This document shows positions 60,021 to 64,000 of a stretch of DNA of 64,000 nt, piece after piece (position 1 is the stretch's first letter; every line of letters starts with the position of its first letter). The translations under genes and the position numbers were made by a program. Origin of the DNA: Podospora anserina. Taxonomy: Eukaryota. Below the pieces are notes generated by a model, which was not told where the DNA came from, searched no databases, and saw only the letters and a program-made list of their open reading frames with translations. The stretch covers positions 1,922,001 through 1,986,000 of the forward strand of contig CM030338.1 in NCBI GenBank assembly GCA_017654855.1, given 5' to 3'.

Positions 60021-60560
60021 GGTGGACGGTTGTGAACTAACTCGACCGGCGGATTACAGCGGCGTTGAGAATTGGGAAAGTTGAGAGCGTGGAAGAAATA
60101 AAAACAAGAGTCGCAAAGAATAAAGATGGTGGGGCTATAAATATCGCGTCAGCAATTGAAAAGCCTAGATTTCTGATAGCGTTTGGAGCTCGGGGCACCT
60201 TTTGAAGAGAGCAAGAAACGACGCAGGCCGGAATGAAGCACTCTGGGATGGATGGATCAAGAGACGTGAGAGTTGTAGTGCTTCGCGGCAGGCGCGACAA
60301 GGCTGAAAGGTCCAGACGGGGTCCACTGTTTTCTTGGGAGTTAGTGGATGGTGGGGTGCTGACTTAGCATGGCAGGGGGAGCTGCACGCACCCCAAGGCT
60401 GCCTACCGTTTTTGTTGACTTCAACTTTTTTTGCGGGCCTCCACAGCGGGAAACAGCGGGCAGCTCTTGGATCGTTTGGTTTAACTCGCTAACCTTGGGA
60501 ACGGTCGACACCTCCTATCCATTCTAAGCCTCGCAACCCGCGAGAAACCTCACCACAGCC

Positions 60561-62479
60561 ATGTCTCTCAACATCCCAAATGCGCCCAACGCCGGCCTTT
60601 TCAAGGGCGGCTATAACAAGTAAGTTTTCATTATCCCAAAGCTTGTGAACGCTGCCTGCCTTGCCCCCTTCCCCGCCTCATCTCGCCTCTGCCCCACCAT
60701 GCACTTGTTGCTGCCCCTGAATGGCATCGCAACAACACATAGCAACCCAGCGCTGACCTATCTGTTGCTTTCTTTGTCTATAGCTACGATTCTGAAGATG
60801 GAGCTGTCCTGCGCAACATCGATGCCTGCCGCGCCATCTCGTCGACGGTCCAGACATCGTTGGGTCCCTATGGCCGCAACAAGATCGTCATCAACCATCT
60901 CCAGAAGATGATCCTCACCTCCGACGCCGCCACCATCCTCCGCGAGCTCGATGTTGTCCACCCCGCCGCTAAGCTTCTCGTCATGGCCAGTCAGCAACAA
61001 GAGTCCGAGATGGGCGATGCCACCAACCTTGTCATCGTCCTCGCTGGCGAGCTTCTCAAGAAGGCGGAGGAGCTTCTGCGCATGGGTCTCAAGACATCTG
61101 ACATTGTTACTGGGTACGAACGGGCACAGAAGATTGCTCTCGACTTTCTTGATGAGCTCGAGATTGACAAGGTGGAGGATATCCGGACCCAGGACGAACT
61201 GAGCAAGGCCATCCGCACCGTCATCGCCAGCAAGCAGAACGGCAACGAGGAGTTCCTCTCCAAGCTCGTCGCCGAGGCTGTCCTCGCCGTCCTTCCCAAG
61301 AACCCAGCCAACTTCAACGTCGACAACGTCCGCGTCGTCAAGATCATGGGTGGCAGCTTGGAGCAGAGCCGTGTCGTCAAGGGTATGGTCTTCCCCAAGG
61401 AGCCCAACGGATCGGTGAAGAAGGCCAAGAAGGCCAAGGTCGGTGTCTTCACTTGCGCCATCGACACCAGCCAGACCGAGACCAAGGGCACAGTATTACT
61501 ACACAACGCCAAGGAGATGCTTGACTTCACAAAGGGCGAGGAGTCACAACTCGAGGCTGCTATCAAGGAGCTATACGATGCCGGCATCCGTGTCGTCGTT
61601 GCGGGCTCTACAGTTGGCGAGCTGGCCTTGCACTACCTCAACCGCTACGGCATCCTGGTCATCAAGATTCTCAGCAAGTTTGAGCTCAGAAGAATTTGCA
61701 GAGTGGTTGGTGCCACACCACTTGCTCGTCTTGGCGCTCCCATGCCTGACGAGATGGGTACCATTGACGTGGTGGAGACACAGGAGATTGGCGGTGACCG
61801 GGTGACGGTTTTCAGACAGGAGGATGAGGCCACGAGGACAGCCACCATTGTGCTCCGTGGAGCTACTCAGAACCATCTCGATGACATTGAGCGTGCCGTT
61901 GATGACGGTGTCAATGTTGTTAAGGCCATCACAAGGGACGCCAGACTGGTGCCTGGTGCTGGTGCTACAGAGATTGAGCTTGTTGAGAGGATACAGGCTG
62001 TTGGTGACAAGACTCAGGGTCTTGCGCAGTACTCCATCAAGAAGTATGCCGAGGCCTTTGAGGTCGTGCCAAGGACCCTTGCCGAGAGTGCTGGTTTGGA
62101 TGCCACTGAGGTTCTGAGCAGATTGTATGCTGCCCATCAGAAGCAGGATGGTTGGTCTGCGGGTGTTGACATTGAGGTATGCTCTCCTTGCCCTTTTTGC
62201 TACAGCTACAACTAACGTTTGATCCAGAACAACGACGGTACCTTCCTCCTGGATGCTGAGGAGGAGGGCATTCTCGACTTGCTGGTGACCAAGCAATGGG
62301 CCATCAAGCTCGCCACGGAAGCTGCCCGGACGGTGCTCTCTGTGGATCAGATCATTGTTGCCAGGCAGGCTGGTGGACCCAAGCCTCCTGGACCCAACAA
62401 GGTGAGTTCTTGTTAGATGATCGATGTGTCATTGATGACAGATGCTGACTTAGTATGACAGAACTGGGATGAGGACTGA
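60561..62479 (+). CDS. CCT8: Chaperonin CCT/TRiC subunit theta; exons 60561-60619, 60784-62176, 62228-62401, 62462-62479
   Basis: Motifs SLGPYGRNKIVINHL, TSDAATILRELDVVHPAAK, GDATNLV, TETKGTVL and VDQIIVARQAGGPK..NWDED. Confidence 0.97.
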
Positions 62480-62930
62480 GGGACGTGCGCATAGCAAAAT
62501 TACAAATGCTTGTGTGTGCTGGGTGGGAGTAGAAAAAGGATCAAATAACTGGGCGGATTAGACTAGAGTGAATTGAATGTACAATGTCCATGTCCAGACT
62601 TATGCCGGAGTTTATGTTTGACGTTATCTGTAAGGGCCATAGAAATGTTGTTTTCAAGCCGGGTCACTATCAATTATCTCTTTTCTTATGATCAGACCCC
62701 CCGTTTTGTTACCATCTCGCAACAGAAACAAAAGCCCCTTTATACATGCTCTACAAGTCTCTTTCACAGATTATTGTACATTCCCACCCAGATAGACCAG
62801 TCACAAAACATTCCCCCCTATTTCCCCGAATGTTTTGCTTTTGTTTTTTGATGCCTTCCGCTTTCTTCCAACCAAAACTAAATCATACACATACATACAA
62901 TGCCCTCCATCTCATGAGATGGGCAACTTT

Positions 62931-64000
62931 CTACCTCAACTCCACCATCCCCTTGACACTCTCCCACACACTCCTCGGCAGCACCTTCTCCATCTCCCTC
63001 TGCGTCAACCACCTAAACTCGGTCAGCCCCTGGGTATTCCCCGTCAGATCCGCCTGTCCAGCCATGATCCTCCCCTTGAGATAAAAAATCTTATCCCCCC
63101 TCTTGACGAGCTTCTTGGTCTCGGGTTCGATCTCGGGCTCAATCACCTGGTGAGCCACGGGCACACGGCCGACGACCCAAGTGTTCATGTTCACACCGGC
63201 CGCCTCCGCAAGCGCTCTCTTGGCAGTCTATTTCCTTGGTCAGCAACACACATCCTCACCAGTTTTAATGTAAGGAGGGGAAAAAACAAACATGATGTAA
63301 CGCCTCATCAGTCTCAACCTGCCCCATCGGAAACCCCCACTTCCCCTCCCTCCCCTTCTTCACAACAAGATAAAGCGTCTCGTCCAGCTTCCTATCCAAC
63401 CTAGTCTTATCCCCCTTCTCATCCGCCTCCGTCCTCCTCGGCATAGGTTTCTCCACCGGCACGATTTCTTCCGGGGCGATCAGTTCACCATCTTCACTGA
63501 CCCTGACCTCTGCGTCTTTGAGCAGGACTTCTGTCAGCGTCTCCGGGGAAGAGGCGGTGCTACCGACGAGAACCTCGTCGTTCCAGGCCATGCGGCCGCG
63601 GGGGTTGTACCGCCCGATGTCCTTGGCCGGCACGCCGTGACGCTCCTTGAGCTTGATGCGCCATTCGAGGTCGTGGGCGGTGTCTTGCTTGAAGTAGTAG
63701 TCTTTGCGGAAGGGGGCGACGAGGCGCTCGTTGAGGCGTTTTTGGTAGAGGTAAAAGGAGGATTCGAAGGGGGTGGGGAGGCGGGTTAGGAGGGGGGGGC
63801 GGGTGAGGATGAGGGCGGATTTGATGCGGTAGGGGGAGGGGCCTGGGCCAGGGGTGGGTGGTGGTTGGGTGGTTGTGGTGGTGGGTTGTTCTGGTATTGG
63901 GGAGGAGGGGGCGGTTGCTTCGGCTGCGAAGGTACGTCTAGGGAGGAGGGTGGTGGTGGTGGTTGTTGATCTGAGGAGGGGAGCGGCGGTGGGGGAGGAT
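62931..64000 (-). CDS. MRPL17: Mitochondrial ribosomal protein mL46 (MRPL17), 5' end beyond the window; intron 63291-63228
   Basis: Motifs YRIKSALILTRPPLLTR, PRRTEADEKGDKTRLDRKLDETLYLVVK..WGFP, G.NMNTWVVGRVP and FRWLT..E. Confidence 0.9.

Noticed and set aside
1-64000. CRISPR arrays, Spok/het/NLR genes, intact transposons, telomerase RNA template
   Set aside because: No repeat-spacer arrays and no HET/NACHT/Spok, RT/integrase or DDE motifs were recognised, and no TAACCCTAA template context was found.

Overview
This is gene-dense eukaryotic DNA from a filamentous ascomycete. GT..AG introns with CTRAC branch sites and the gene content suggest a Sordariomycete, most likely Sordariales such as Podospora; this is inferred, not searched. 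I rebuilt 19 gene models by hand (introns spliced out where present): a protein with a central Zn(II)2Cys6 cluster, an acidic hypothetical protein, an M28 glutaminyl cyclase, Pho85 CDK, SAGA subunit Sgf73, peroxisomal carrier Ant1, a NOSIP-like RING protein, tafazzin, a Zn2Cys6 transcription factor, G3BP/Bre5, a PH-domain protein, Nnf1, a cytochrome b561-domain protein, a tandem-domain protein, a Q/P-rich protein, a secreted protein, Rmd1, Nhp10 and Cct8, plus a partial mL46/MRPL17 at the window end. The window also holds an intron-containing tRNA-Ala(AGC), an aberrant Ala-like tRNA, and an AT/TpA-rich island with a RIP-like pseudogene. The most striking signal is coding sequence hidden behind single in-frame UAG stops. 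Sgf73 is followed in frame by 493 open, protein-like codons. Nhp10 is followed by a 48-codon acidic tail that repeats its own C-terminus. The PH-domain gene has an in-frame upstream ORF separated from it by one TAG. This fits sexual-stage A-to-I mRNA editing (UAG to UGG, Trp), which is established in Sordariomycetes, and suggests editing-gated long isoforms of two chromatin-complex subunits. That is a hypothesis that needs RNA-seq or proteomics. Most short ORFs in the supplied track are antisense or shadow frames.
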